Notes: generated by a model from the sequence alone, not told the origin. 64,000 nt of DNA from Syntrophorhabdaceae bacterium (GCA_963666485.2 CAXXUO010000010.1:1-64000); one strand, 5' to 3'. Counted from the first letter of the stretch, positions 1 to 9,494 are shown. Numbers and translations: made by a program.

Positions 1-223
1 GCGGGGGTTTGCTGACGGTCGGTACGCCATCATAGAAATAGCCAAGGTCGGTGTGGCATACGCCGCAACCGGCGATCTCGACGAGAACTTCACCGGCTTT
101 CAGTTCCGGAACCGGGACTTCTGCGATCTCGAGCTTACCAGGTGTGGTTTCCTTGGTCTCTCTGTTAAATACAGTCGGTTGAACCATCTGCCACTGCTTT
201 ATTGTTTTCGGCACTTCTCCCAT
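1..223 (-). CDS. had: 6-hydroxycyclohex-1-ene-1-carbonyl-CoA dehydrogenase (Zn-dependent MDR alcohol dehydrogenase), 5' part only; runs off the window edge
   Basis: Manual translation from ATG 223 (GGAGG at 231-235): MGEVPKTIKQWQMVQP...EVLVEIAGCGVCHTDLGYFYDGVPTVSKPP. GCGVCHTD Zn motif followed by YFYDGVPT is typical of Had/BamQ. Not in the ORF track. Confidence 0.8.
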   Translation of the reverse strand, partial: MGEVPKTIKQWQMVQPTVFNRETKETTPGKLEIAEVPVPELKAGEVLVEIAGCGVCHTDLGYFYDGVPTVSKPP

Positions 224-275
224 TACAATACCTCCTTATATAATTGAGTGAAACGCTACGTCACCTCCTTGATTC

Positions 276-1028
276 TTACGTCATTCCGTAACCGCCGTCG
301 ACGCACAGAAGCTGGCCCGTAATATAGCGGGCGTCATCGGAAGCGAAGAATATGAACGCCGGTGCAACGTCTTCCGGGTCCGCATATCTTCCGAGAAGGA
401 TACGCTTCGTATAGATCTCTTTCAGTTTTTCATCGGTCGATATCGTGTGGGTCATTTCTGTCGTAACGATACCGAGTGATATGACGTTGGCTGTGACATT
501 GAATTTCGCAAGCTCCCTGGCCATTGATTTGGTCATGGATATAACCCCGCCTTTTGCGGCGCTATAGTTGATCTGGCCGATCGTACCGACGACACCGGCA
601 ACCGATGTGACGTTCACGATCCGTCCGTAGTTCTGCTGCATGAAATACTTCGATGCGGCCTTGGCCATGAGCCACGGGCCCCTCATCTGAACGTTGACGA
701 CCTCGTCCCAGGTCTCGACGCTCATCTTGTGCATCATCGACGGTTTGGAAATACCGGCGTTGTTGATGACGATATGGACGGAGCCGAATGCCTCGGCGCA
801 GGTCTCGACGATCTTCTGCGCGTCCGCCTCTGTTCCGACATCGCCTTTCACCGCGACTGCCTTTCTTCCCATCCCCTTGATGATCTCGACTACCTCATCC
901 GCGGCTTTCTGGTTGCCGGCATAATTGATGACCACATTCGCTCCCTCCTGTGCGAATGCGACACTGATCGCCCGGCCTACGCCTCTTCCACCGCCCGTTA
1001 CAATTGCGTTCTTGCCCTCTAACTTCAT
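276..1028 (-). CDS. Short-chain dehydrogenase/reductase (FabG-like 3-oxoacyl/3-hydroxyacyl-CoA reductase)
   Basis: TGGGRGVG Rossmann motif, NNAG, catalytic YSAAK; SD upstream. Confidence 0.9.
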   Translation of the reverse strand: MKLEGKNAIVTGGGRGVGRAISVAFAQEGANVVINYAGNQKAADEVVEIIKGMGRKAVAVKGDVGTEADAQKIVETCAEAFGSVHIVINNAGISKPSMMHKMSVETWDEVVNVQMRGPWLMAKAASKYFMQQNYGRIVNVTSVAGVVGTIGQINYSAAKGGVISMTKSMARELAKFNVTANVISLGIVTTEMTHTISTDEKLKEIYTKRILLGRYADPEDVAPAFIFFASDDARYITGQLLCVDGGYGMT

Positions 1029-1102
1029 AACGGCCTCTCCTTTTCGTCATTTTTAAAACCAAAGACTTCAAAGAACTTCAATTGTGAAAATTTTTATAAA
1101 CC

Positions 1103-1155
1103 TAATATTATCTTTGAGACAGTATCCATGTCAAGATAAAAGTCTTAATATTAAG
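1103..1155. promoter_or_regulatory. Sigma70-like promoter for the SDR-had operon, overlapped by two TAATATTA palindromes (candidate operator)
   Basis: TTGACA on - strand at 1134-1129 and TAATAT at 1110-1105; TAATATTA at 1103-1110; CTTAATATTAAG at 1144-1155. Confidence 0.45.
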
Positions 1156-1307
1156 GAAGTTCGCTTACATTGGCGCCGCTTTAGCGAGCGGCCCGCAGAA
1201 CACCGTTAACCGCCGTATGAAAAAGGTGAATTGTTTCCACGAAGAAGATATACCGGAGATGATTTAGGCTTGAAAAATGGGGCTGAATGGGAAAGACTAA
1301 AGATACA

Positions 1308-1391
1308 GGCGATGGGCAATAGGCGATGGGCAATAGGAAACCGGATCTTTTGGTTTTTTACCTGTCGCCTGTCGCCTATAGCCCATCGCCC
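1308..1391. repeat. Inverted pair of 7-bp tandem repeats (GGCGATR/GGCAATA family, copy 1)
   Basis: ggcgatgggcaataggcgatgggcaatagg ... cctgtcgcctgtcgcctatagcccatcgccc; related copy at 52568-52668. Confidence 0.85.
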
Positions 1392-1411
1392 AGTTTCTTC
1401 AGGAGGTTTTT

Positions 1412-2167
1412 ATGTCAGTTGTGCTGGAATCCGTAAAAGATGACGTCTTCACGATAACGCTGAACAGGCCGGACAAGAAAAATGCGATGGACTATGATCT
1501 TCTGGCCGGCCTTTATGAGTCAATGAAGAGTGCGGCCCGCGAAAAATCGCCCTTTGTCGTGATACGGGGCTCCGGCGGGGCGTTCTGCTCCGGCGGGGAT
1601 ATTATGGCGTTTCGGGACTCCGAGGACGCAGAGGCGCTGATCGACGCGGAAGCGGGGGTCCTCAATGAGAGCATCAAGCTCATACGCAACATCCCGGCCG
1701 TTGTCATTGCGGTCATGGAGGGGGTTGCCGTCGGTGCGGGGGTAGGGCTCGCGCTTGCCTGCGACCTCTCGATCGCGACAAAAAAGACCATTATGAACAT
1801 GGGTTATCGGCGGATAGGGCTCACACCCGACGGCGGCGGAAGCATCTTCCTCCCGAGGCTCGTCGGCGCGAAACTCTTCGGCGAGATGTACCTCCTGTCC
1901 CGGAACATCACCATGGATGAGGCCAAATCCTTAGGGCTCGTGAACATCGTGTGCGAGGATTCGGAGATTGACGGCAAACTCGATCAGCTTATCGGGTCTC
2001 TCAGGGCCCTGCCGATGGAAACTATCGCGAATTACAAGGACCTTACCAACCGTTGCCTTTTCTTCGGCCTCGAGACACATCTCGACCGGGAGCGCCGGTA
2101 TGTTGCCGAATTTGCCTCGAAGCCGCTTTTTAAACAGAGACTGGACGAATTTTTCAGCAAAAAATAA
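1412..2167 (+). CDS. Enoyl-CoA hydratase/isomerase (crotonase), PaaG-like subfamily
   Basis: LNRPDKKNA, AFCSGGD, GAGVGLALACD, GLTPDGGGS; SD AGGAGG. Confidence 0.9.
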   Translation: MSVVLESVKDDVFTITLNRPDKKNAMDYDLLAGLYESMKSAAREKSPFVVIRGSGGAFCSGGDIMAFRDSEDAEALIDAEAGVLNESIKLIRNIPAVVIAVMEGVAVGAGVGLALACDLSIATKKTIMNMGYRRIGLTPDGGGSIFLPRLVGAKLFGEMYLLSRNITMDEAKSLGLVNIVCEDSEIDGKLDQLIGSLRALPMETIANYKDLTNRCLFFGLETHLDRERRYVAEFASKPLFKQRLDEFFSKK

Positions 2168-2188
2168 GCACAGGGATCGCCCTCAACC

Positions 2189-3544
2189 ATGAACGGCCTT
2201 TATCTCGCAGCTATAGCGGCATACATCGCCATCCTCTGGATGACGGGGATCCTCGTGACGCGCAGGTCGCGGTCATCCGATGCGTACCTCGTCGCCTCGC
2301 GCGGCCTTTCCGTCCCGTTTATCGCGGTCCTGATAGCCGGCACGTGGATAGGCGGGGTGTCCATAGTAGGCATGGCACAGGGGTCTTTCATCCACGGCCT
2401 GTCGGCCCTGTGGTTCCAGGCAGGGATCTGGATCGCCATGTTCGTGACGGCCGCGCTGCTTACCCGCGTGCTCGGCGGGAAAAAGACATATTCCATCCTC
2501 GATGTCGTGGGCGGCCTGTATGACCGGAAAACCACGAGGCTTGCCGGCCTCCTCCAGCTCGTATTCTCGATCTGGATCGTCACCATGCAGATCGTGGGAG
2601 GCGGCGCGATCCTTTCCGTGCTGACGAAGGGCGCGATATCGTACAACCAGGGCATGGCGCTTACAGCAGTCGTGTTCACCCTCTACAATGTCATGGGCGG
2701 CTTCGTCGCGACAGCCTATACGAACCTGATCCATATCTGCGCGATCGTCTTCGGGATCTTTCTCGGGGGCATATATGTCATTTGTTCGAGCGGGGGTTTG
2801 CAGGCGATGGCGCAGACGGGCCATTACTACACGGTCTTCGGTGATCTCGGCGCATCCCAGGCCTTGAGCTGGTGCTTCATCAACTTCACACTCGGCGTCC
2901 TCGCGCAGCCTGTCATCAACACGGCATCGTCCGCGAAGACATTGGCCGAGGGAAAGAAGGGGATCATAATAGGGAACCTCATCGCGATCCCCGTGGTCAT
3001 CATGGCGGCGCTGTGCGGGATAATAGCGAAATATCTCTTTCCCGGGATCAAATCGATCGCCGCCCTGCCGTCGCTCCTTGCGATCGTGCCCCCCTTCGTC
3101 GCGGTGTTCTTTCTTATCGCCATGTGGGCACCTCTCATGAGCTCCGGCTCCCCGTTCCTCATGGGGGCGACGACCCTCGCAGTCAAGGGATACCTGGCGC
3201 CCCTGCTCAAGGTCGAGAACGACCGGCGGGTCCTTCTCCTGTCGCGCATTACGACGCTCGTGATAGGCGGTTTGTCGCTCGTCCTCGGGTTCTTCGTGCG
3301 GGAGATCCTGCGCGAGGTGACATGGCTTGCCGTGTTCTTGAGCTCAATAGTCTACATAGTCTTTGCGGGGTGGTTCATTAGGGGCATGAAGAGCGCCTTC
3401 GCGTTCGCGGCGCTTTTGGGAACGGTCATTATCATCGGGGTTTCATTCATCTTTGGTCTCCATAAGATCGTTCATCCGTTGTGGCCTGTCACCGCTTATA
3501 TAATCCTCGTCATGGCCGCCGGCTTTTTCACACGCAAGAAATGA
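2189..3544 (+). CDS. Sodium:solute symporter family transporter
   Basis: About 13 hydrophobic segments; YLVASRGL, GG..ATAYTNLIH motifs of the SSS family. Confidence 0.85.
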   Translation: MNGLYLAAIAAYIAILWMTGILVTRRSRSSDAYLVASRGLSVPFIAVLIAGTWIGGVSIVGMAQGSFIHGLSALWFQAGIWIAMFVTAALLTRVLGGKKTYSILDVVGGLYDRKTTRLAGLLQLVFSIWIVTMQIVGGGAILSVLTKGAISYNQGMALTAVVFTLYNVMGGFVATAYTNLIHICAIVFGIFLGGIYVICSSGGLQAMAQTGHYYTVFGDLGASQALSWCFINFTLGVLAQPVINTASSAKTLAEGKKGIIIGNLIAIPVVIMAALCGIIAKYLFPGIKSIAALPSLLAIVPPFVAVFFLIAMWAPLMSSGSPFLMGATTLAVKGYLAPLLKVENDRRVLLLSRITTLVIGGLSLVLGFFVREILREVTWLAVFLSSIVYIVFAGWFIRGMKSAFAFAALLGTVIIIGVSFIFGLHKIVHPLWPVTAYIILVMAAGFFTRKK

Positions 3545-3662
3545 TCAGGACTGCCTGATACAAGAATAAAAAGGGTATCCCGAAGAGTTATTTTCTTCTT
3601 GTCATTCTTCTGTATAACGATTACAATCCCATACATAATCCAAAAAAATCAGGGAGGGTGGT

Positions 3663-4007
3663 ATGAGTCCAAACATCACCGAAAAAACATCAACCGGGAT
3701 GCAGGCGAATGTAGAAGGGCTTTTGTGTTACCTCGTCGGTTTTGTTACCGGGATCGTATTCATGATCATCGAAAAAGAGAGTAAGTTTGTGCGGTTTCAT
3801 GCCATGCAATCGATCTTTGTGTCGGGCGCCCTGTTCGTTATACAGATCATTCTTGGGTTTGTCCCGTATGTCGGGTGGATCATAAGCATACTGGTGAGCC
3901 TCCTCGGACTGATTCTCTGGATAATCTGCATGCTCAAAGCGTACCAGGGCGAATTGTTCAAGCTCCCTGTGATCGGTGATATAGCGGAAAAACAGATCCA
4001 GAACTGA
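3663..4007 (+). CDS. DUF4870-type small membrane protein
   Basis: GLLCYL, FVRFHAMQS, KAYQGE.FKLPVIG motifs. Confidence 0.8.
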   Translation: MSPNITEKTSTGMQANVEGLLCYLVGFVTGIVFMIIEKESKFVRFHAMQSIFVSGALFVIQIILGFVPYVGWIISILVSLLGLILWIICMLKAYQGELFKLPVIGDIAEKQIQN

Positions 4008-4020
4008 AGACATGAATATG

Positions 4021-4054
4021 AAAAGGCTCCCGGACCACAGGGAGCCTTCTTTCT
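4021..4054 (+). terminator. Rho-independent terminator
   Basis: aaggctccc-loop-gggagcctt followed by T-rich tail. Confidence 0.6.
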
Positions 4055-4086
4055 TACCCATATCTTAAGCTCCTCAAGGACAGGTC

Positions 4087-4671
4087 ATGAATCTTTTCTG
4101 GCATCGTATTGTCAACATCATTTTCAAACCAGGCAAAACATGGCTGGAAATAAGAAATGAGAAGATGCCCGCAAAAGAATTGTTTTCAACCTATGCCCTG
4201 ACAGTAGCCATAATACCGGCCGCAGTCCAGTTCCTGAAAATGTCCGTTATAGGCACGGCTTTGTTAGGGTTTCATTTTCGGTTCCCGATCGTGTCGGGAC
4301 TGATCCATGCTTGTTTCTACTATGTTCTCTGTATTGTCGGGGTTTTTGTGGTCGCCGGCCTGATCTACTTCTTGGCCCCTTCCTTCGGTTCGCGAAAGGA
4401 TTTTGATCTTGCTGCGAATTTGGCCCTGTTCTCCGTGATGCCCGTATGGGTGGGCGAGGTCCTGATACTGGTGCCGTATGTCGAGTTCATGTTCCTGTTT
4501 GCGGCGCTCTACGGGATCGTCCTTTTGTATCTTGGACTTCCCGTGTTGATGGAAACCCCCCGCAACCAGGTCCTGATGTATTTTATCGTCATAATGGTAA
4601 CGGGTTTTATCGTTGTCCCTCTCGTGTCGATCATTCCCAACCTGTTTTTTCCACGCCTCCCGGCCTTATAA
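4087..4671 (+). CDS. Yip1-family membrane protein
   Basis: IIFKPGKTW..I..E N-terminus, LAPSFG, five TM segments, LLYLGLPVLM. Confidence 0.8.
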   Translation: MNLFWHRIVNIIFKPGKTWLEIRNEKMPAKELFSTYALTVAIIPAAVQFLKMSVIGTALLGFHFRFPIVSGLIHACFYYVLCIVGVFVVAGLIYFLAPSFGSRKDFDLAANLALFSVMPVWVGEVLILVPYVEFMFLFAALYGIVLLYLGLPVLMETPRNQVLMYFIVIMVTGFIVVPLVSIIPNLFFPRLPAL

Positions 4672-4715
4672 GCCTGCATCCATTGTTTATGAGGCTGCAG
4701 CGCAATCCGGAACTC

Positions 4716-4871
4716 CGTCATTCCGCCGGCTTTTGCGGCGGAATCCAGTGTCTTTGGTCTTTTTTGCAGGCGACTGACGATAGTTCGGTTAAAGTGCACT
4801 CGTCATATCGAGCTAATATTATCGAAGAAAAGAGAATTAAAGGCGCTGGATCCCGGCAAGCCGGGATGACG
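4716..4871. repeat. REP-like inverted hairpin pair, copy 1
   Basis: cgtcattccgccggcttttgcggcggaatccag ... ctggatcccggcaagccgggatgacg. Confidence 0.85.
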
Positions 4872-5024
4872 ACGTGATGGTTTATTGCGGCGTTTTGTAC
4901 ACCTCCATTAAGCAGTTTCCATGACGGGTTTGCCGGCCCTGCGCGGCATTAAGGCCCCCGGATTTGCTCTTTTTCCCGTGTTGGGATATGATTATGCGCC
5001 TTTAAGAATGTTTCGGCGCGGATC

Positions 5025-6878
5025 ATGCTAATCGTCAATAACCTTTCAAAATCGTACGGCACCCAGACCCTTTTCCGGGAGGCGAGCTTTACCGTCGGTA
5101 CGGGTGAGAGGCTCGGCCTTGTCGGGCGCAACGGTACGGGCAAGACGACGCTTTTCCGGATGATACTGGGCGAAGAGGAACCGGATGCAGGGGAGATAAT
5201 AATCCCCCGGGGTTATTCGATCCGCCATCTCTCCCAGCATATCTCGTTCAGCAAGGCGTCGGTGCTTGCGGAGGCGTCTGCCGGCCTGCCGGTCCGCGAT
5301 GACGGCCGGGACGAGTCGTATAAAGCAAAGACTGTTCTCGCAGGCCTTGGTTTCACTGAAGCAGACCTTGACAGCGACCCGCGAAAATTGAGCGGCGGTT
5401 TCCAGGTGCGGCTCAACCTCGCCAGGATCCTCATCGCGGAACCCAGGATGCTCCTTCTCGATGAGCCGACGAACTACCTGGATATCGTTTCCATCCGGTG
5501 GCTCGTCCATTTCCTTAAAGGGTGGAAAGGGGAGATGGTCCTGATCACGCACGACCGTGATTTCATGGACTCCGTGACGACCCACACGATGGCCATCCAC
5601 CGCATGCGGATGCGCAAGATACCGGGATCGACCCACAAATTATACGAACAGATCATCGAGGAAGAGGAGATCTACGAGCAGACCCGCATCAACGAGGAAA
5701 AGAAGCGGAAGGAGGTAGAACTCTTCATCAACAAGTTCCGGGCGCAGGCGACACGGGCCCGTTCCGTCCAGTCGCGCATACGCCAGCTCCAGAAAAAAGA
5801 GAAGATGGAGAAGCTTTCGACGCTCGAGAACCTCGAATTTTCCTTCAATGCGGCGCCTTTTCCCGGCCGGTGGCTCCTCGAGACGGACGGGGTGAACTTT
5901 TCCTACCCCGGGGGGCCCGACCTTATCCGGGGCCTGACTGTAGCCATAAAGAAACGCGACCGGATAGGCGTCATCGGGAAGAACGGCAAAGGCAAGACGA
6001 CGCTGCTCAACATCCTGGCCGGTGCGCTGAAACCCGTCGACGGCACCATCACGTACAGCCAGAACCTCAAATTGGGATATTTCGGGCAGATGAACGTCGA
6101 CCGGCTCGACCCGAACATAACAATAGAGGACGAGATCTGGAGTGTCGAGCCTTCCCGCAGCAAAACCGCCGTCAGGAACATCTGCGGGGCGATGATGTTC
6201 GACGGCGACAGGGCCCTGAAAAAGATAGGTGTCCTGTCAGGGGGTGAAAGAAGCCGGGTGCTGCTCGGCAAGATCATCGCCGAACCGGCGAACCTCCTGC
6301 TTCTCGACGAACCGACCAACCATCTCGACATGGAATCGATCGATTCGCTCATCGAAGCGATAGACGATTATGCAGGGGCGGTCATAATCGTGACGCACAG
6401 CGAGATGATACTCGATGCGGTGGCCGAGCGGCTTATCGTGTTCGACGGCCACAGGGCGGGCGTCTTCGACGGCAATTACGAAGATTTCCTCTCCCGGGTC
6501 GGCTGGGAGGACGAAGCCGAACGGGAAGCCGCCGATGCCGACAGGGAAGAGACGCCGGCCAAAAGCGCCCTGAAAAAAGAGTCAAAGAGGATCCGGGCCG
6601 ATATCATCAATGAACGTTCCCGGGCCATGTCGCCGCTCAAGAACAGGATAAACGAGATAGAATCAGCCATCACCTCGGCGGAAAGGCAGCTCGCCCGGGA
6701 CAATGAATCGCTCGTCGCCGCGTCGCGCCAGGGGGACGGAAAGGCCATCATGAGTTTCTCGGTCGCCATCCACGACGCAAAGAAACAAATAGACGACCTT
6801 TTTGACGAACTGGAAGTCATCACCGTCGAGCACGACGCGCTGGCACGGGAGTTTGAAGAAAAGCTGCGGAACGTCTAA
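5025..6878 (+). CDS. ABC-F family ATPase (YheS/Uup-like, ribosome-associated)
   Basis: Two NBDs (GRNGTGKT, LSGG, LLLDEPTN; GKNGKGKT, LSGGE, LLLDEPTNHLD), no TM segments, C-terminal coiled coil. Confidence 0.95.
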   Translation: MLIVNNLSKSYGTQTLFREASFTVGTGERLGLVGRNGTGKTTLFRMILGEEEPDAGEIIIPRGYSIRHLSQHISFSKASVLAEASAGLPVRDDGRDESYKAKTVLAGLGFTEADLDSDPRKLSGGFQVRLNLARILIAEPRMLLLDEPTNYLDIVSIRWLVHFLKGWKGEMVLITHDRDFMDSVTTHTMAIHRMRMRKIPGSTHKLYEQIIEEEEIYEQTRINEEKKRKEVELFINKFRAQATRARSVQSRIRQLQKKEKMEKLSTLENLEFSFNAAPFPGRWLLETDGVNFSYPGGPDLIRGLTVAIKKRDRIGVIGKNGKGKTTLLNILAGALKPVDGTITYSQNLKLGYFGQMNVDRLDPNITIEDEIWSVEPSRSKTAVRNICGAMMFDGDRALKKIGVLSGGERSRVLLGKIIAEPANLLLLDEPTNHLDMESIDSLIEAIDDYAGAVIIVTHSEMILDAVAERLIVFDGHRAGVFDGNYEDFLSRVGWEDEAEREAADADREETPAKSALKKESKRIRADIINERSRAMSPLKNRINEIESAITSAERQLARDNESLVAASRQGDGKAIMSFSVAIHDAKKQIDDLFDELEVITVEHDALAREFEEKLRNV

Positions 6879-6882
6879 CGGC

Positions 6883-7004
6883 GTTCCGCATTCCAGGTTC
6901 CACGTTCCACGTTCCACGCTAAAAAATAAAAGATAAAATTCCAAATAGGACCTTGACTGGAAACCGGATGTATTGTTGCAATCCTTTGCGTGGAACGTGG
7001 AACC
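6883..7004. repeat. Inverted GTTCCAC heptamer arrays, copy 1
   Basis: gttccacgttccacgttccacgctaaaaa ... gcgtggaacgtggaacc. Confidence 0.85.
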
Positions 7005-7070
7005 AGAAACGCTTTTCTTCAAAGCAGCTATATCGAATGTGATATATTTAACGTGTATTTCTTGTAGCGT

Positions 7071-7096
7071 TGAACTTTGAACTTTGAACCTTGAAC
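7071..7096. repeat. TTGAACY heptamer tandem array
   Basis: ttgaactttgaactttgaaccttgaac. Confidence 0.75.
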
Positions 7097-7111
7097 GTTT
7101 CCGGAGGAAAC

Positions 7112-7750
7112 ATGCCTCTCGCTTTTAACTCTCTGAGCCATGGACAGATCGCATTCGGTTTCTTCAACATCGAAACGGACATGCTGCTTCTCGACATTCA
7201 TTTCTTTTTTGCCGACAGTTTTTGCCGGGCTGTGAGTGAGCTGGCACAGGGCCCCGATGTTATGCCCCCGACGGTCCGGCCCATGAGCCGCCGTGCACAG
7301 GGCCAGGGAGATATACCCCTTACGGTCCGGCTGGATGCCTATACGCTCGAGCCGTCCCGGATCGGCAATCTTATGGGTTCGATTCACGGGATAGACTTTA
7401 GGGGTTTCATCGGAGAGGTGTACAGGCTTTATCCCTTTCCCGCCGAAGAAGAGAAGTTTCGTCAGCAGCCGGAAGGCTTCGGCAACCGGGAGGTGATCGA
7501 GAGAATCATCGTGAAATATGCGAAGAAGGAACCGATCGGTATAACATTCGATCCCGCCGATGGTTTCGTGGATATCGGCGGCTATGTATTTGAACGGGGT
7601 GAATTCCAGCGCCTTATCCTGTACGTCTGGGCCGGGGGGTATCCCCGCTGGCGCGATGGTATTCGCCCGGGGTATGTCATGGATATGAAGCGGGCGATCG
7701 AAAGCTCGTCGAACGCGCTCTTTGCCGGTTTGGAGTTTGGGACGGAATAA
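7112..7750 (+). CDS. Conserved hypothetical protein
   Basis: GGAGG SD before ATG 7112; MPLAFNSLSHGQIAFGFFNIETD...GGYPRW; protein-like composition. Confidence 0.75.
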   Translation: MPLAFNSLSHGQIAFGFFNIETDMLLLDIHFFFADSFCRAVSELAQGPDVMPPTVRPMSRRAQGQGDIPLTVRLDAYTLEPSRIGNLMGSIHGIDFRGFIGEVYRLYPFPAEEEKFRQQPEGFGNREVIERIIVKYAKKEPIGITFDPADGFVDIGGYVFERGEFQRLILYVWAGGYPRWRDGIRPGYVMDMKRAIESSSNALFAGLEFGTE

Positions 7751-7820
7751 ACGGGAAGGGCGGCCCTTTTTCTCTGTTTTTACTGTTTACTGTTCACCGT
7801 TTTACCCGTACAATAGGGTC

Positions 7821-8012
7821 ATGGACGAAAAGAAAAGCAAGGAAGAAAGATATAATGAGGCGCGTATCCTCCATAAATCGCTCGACGAAAAGCTCCAGAT
7901 GCTGCAGGCTAAACCCTGGCTTTCCGAGGATGAAGAGCTTGAGGTGAAGCTTCTCAAGAAAAAGAAGCTGTATTTCAAGGATATGATGGAGCGCATCAAG
8001 GAAGAAGCATAA
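7821..8012 (+). CDS. DUF465/YdcH-like small coiled-coil protein
   Basis: H..LD.....L...E..LKKKKL.FKD motif; TACAAT 6 nt before ATG 7821. Confidence 0.8.
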   Translation: MDEKKSKEERYNEARILHKSLDEKLQMLQAKPWLSEDEELEVKLLKKKKLYFKDMMERIKEEA

Positions 8013-8048
8013 CCCCCCCCGGCAGTCGCAAAAGGGTATGCCTGTCAA

Positions 8049-8064
8049 TGGCACGAGTATTGCT
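8049..8064 (+). promoter_or_regulatory. Sigma54 (-24/-12) promoter
   Basis: TGGCACGAGTATTGCT exactly matches TGGCACG-N4-TTGCW. Confidence 0.75.
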
Positions 8065-8089
8065 CTATCTTCTGATGGAGGAACGGGCA

Positions 8090-8212
8090 GTGCTCGACAG
8101 AACGATCTTGAAAGAGATAATAGGGATATTGATGGGCAGCGTCTTTTACCTGAGCCTGTCGGTCCGCGAGCGACTGGACATGGTCAGGCACCTGATGCGG
8201 TTCATGTCGTAA
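8090..8212 (+). CDS. Small 40-aa hypothetical protein under sigma54 control
   Basis: GGAGG at 8077-8081, GTG 8090; MLDRTILKEIIGILMGSVFYLSLSVRERLDMVRHLMRFMS*; below ORF-track cutoff. Confidence 0.65.
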   Translation: MLDRTILKEIIGILMGSVFYLSLSVRERLDMVRHLMRFMS

Positions 8213-8316
8213 ACAGATCCCACCCTTCGAAAAACAGGCCTGTGTGCCCCTGAGGCGATCGACTGCCGCTTGAGGCCTGTCTCAAAAAATAAGACTTTTC
8301 CGAAAAAATGGGACTT

Positions 8317-9042
8317 TCAGGACCGCGATATGAACTCTTCGATGGACCTGTTGACCTCGGCCGGCCTTTCGATCATGACCATGTGCCCGGCGCCTTCGAT
8401 AAGCACGAGCCCCGCCCCCGGTATCGTGTCCGTCAGGTAGTGGGAATATTTTACCGGTGTGAAGCGGTCTTCTTTGCCGCATATGACGAGTGCCGGCACG
8501 GACAGGGAGCCGAGCTGTCCCATGACGTTAAAACCGTCGCAGGCCGTAAAATCGTTGAAGACGGTCTTCGCGTCATTCTTCATGTATTCGGTGAACACCT
8601 TTTCCTTCAATTTTTCGGGAAAAGCAGGAGAAAAGGCGGTGTCGATTATCATGCGCGCCGTTTTTTCCTTATCTTTGACAATGCCTTCCAGGATCTCGGG
8701 ATATACCTTCAGGCGGGCGCCGGTCCCGATAAGGACAATGCCCCTTACGAGGGCAAGATACCGCATGGCGAGGTCGATGGCGACCGCCCCTCCCATCGAG
8801 TGCCCCACGATAAAAGCCGCCGGCACTTTGTTGAACGTGAGTGCATCCTTCAGGGCGTCGGCGTAGCCCCCTACTGAATCACAAGAGGGGCCTTCCGAAT
8901 TTCCGTGGCCCGGCAGGTCGGCGAGGATAACCTGGTAAGACCCTTCGAAGTGCGGTCTTTGGAAAGCCCATGACAATGTCGAGCCCCCGGCGCCGTGGAT
9001 AAAGACCAGGGGTATGCCGCTGCCATATCTTTCTATGTTCAT
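8317..9042 (-). CDS. Alpha/beta-fold hydrolase
   Basis: HGAGG, DLPGHG, GHSMGG nucleophile elbow, GAGH; start reset to ATG 9042 (SD AGGAG). Confidence 0.9.
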   Translation of the reverse strand: MNIERYGSGIPLVFIHGAGGSTLSWAFQRPHFEGSYQVILADLPGHGNSEGPSCDSVGGYADALKDALTFNKVPAAFIVGHSMGGAVAIDLAMRYLALVRGIVLIGTGARLKVYPEILEGIVKDKEKTARMIIDTAFSPAFPEKLKEKVFTEYMKNDAKTVFNDFTACDGFNVMGQLGSLSVPALVICGKEDRFTPVKYSHYLTDTIPGAGLVLIEGAGHMVMIERPAEVNRSIEEFISRS

Positions 9043-9188
9043 GTGTATGACTCCTCTTTTTTGAAACATTATAGATGAACGACCACGAGATGCCAAGCAG
9101 AGGATTGTTGCTACCCTGTTCTCCAAGGCGCAACATGAGCCCCATTGCCGCCCGGCACCCGGGAAGTTGTGTCGCAATTCCCCAACCC

Positions 9189-9347
9189 CGTCATTCCGCC
9201 GGCTTTTGCGGCGGAATCCAGCGTCTTTAATCATAATTATTACCAGTTGACAATAGGAGCAATTCAAAATAGGCATGTCACACCTTGTGAATAATATTGA
9301 AGAAAGGTCAAGCAAAGACACTGGATTCCCGCTTCGCGGGAATGACG
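9189..9347. repeat. REP-like inverted hairpin pair, copy 2
   Basis: cgtcattccgccggcttttgcggcggaatccag (identical to the copy 1 arm) ... ctggattcccgcttcgcgggaatgacg. Confidence 0.85.
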
Positions 9348-9494
9348 GAAGCGGGAGGGGGGATGACGGGTAGCGGAACAGTCGTGCATGAAACCGAGCG
9401 CAGACGTACTGCAGATTTTGGTAGCAATTCCCCGTGCCATTTGTTACTAAATAGCTTATATCCCGCATCTGCAATTATTAGAATGGAGGCTTGC

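Noticed and set aside
9043..9494. Long N-terminal extensions of ORFs 8317..9474 and 9297..10421
   Set aside because: They run through a REP element and overlap each other; SD-supported starts are at 9042 and 9495
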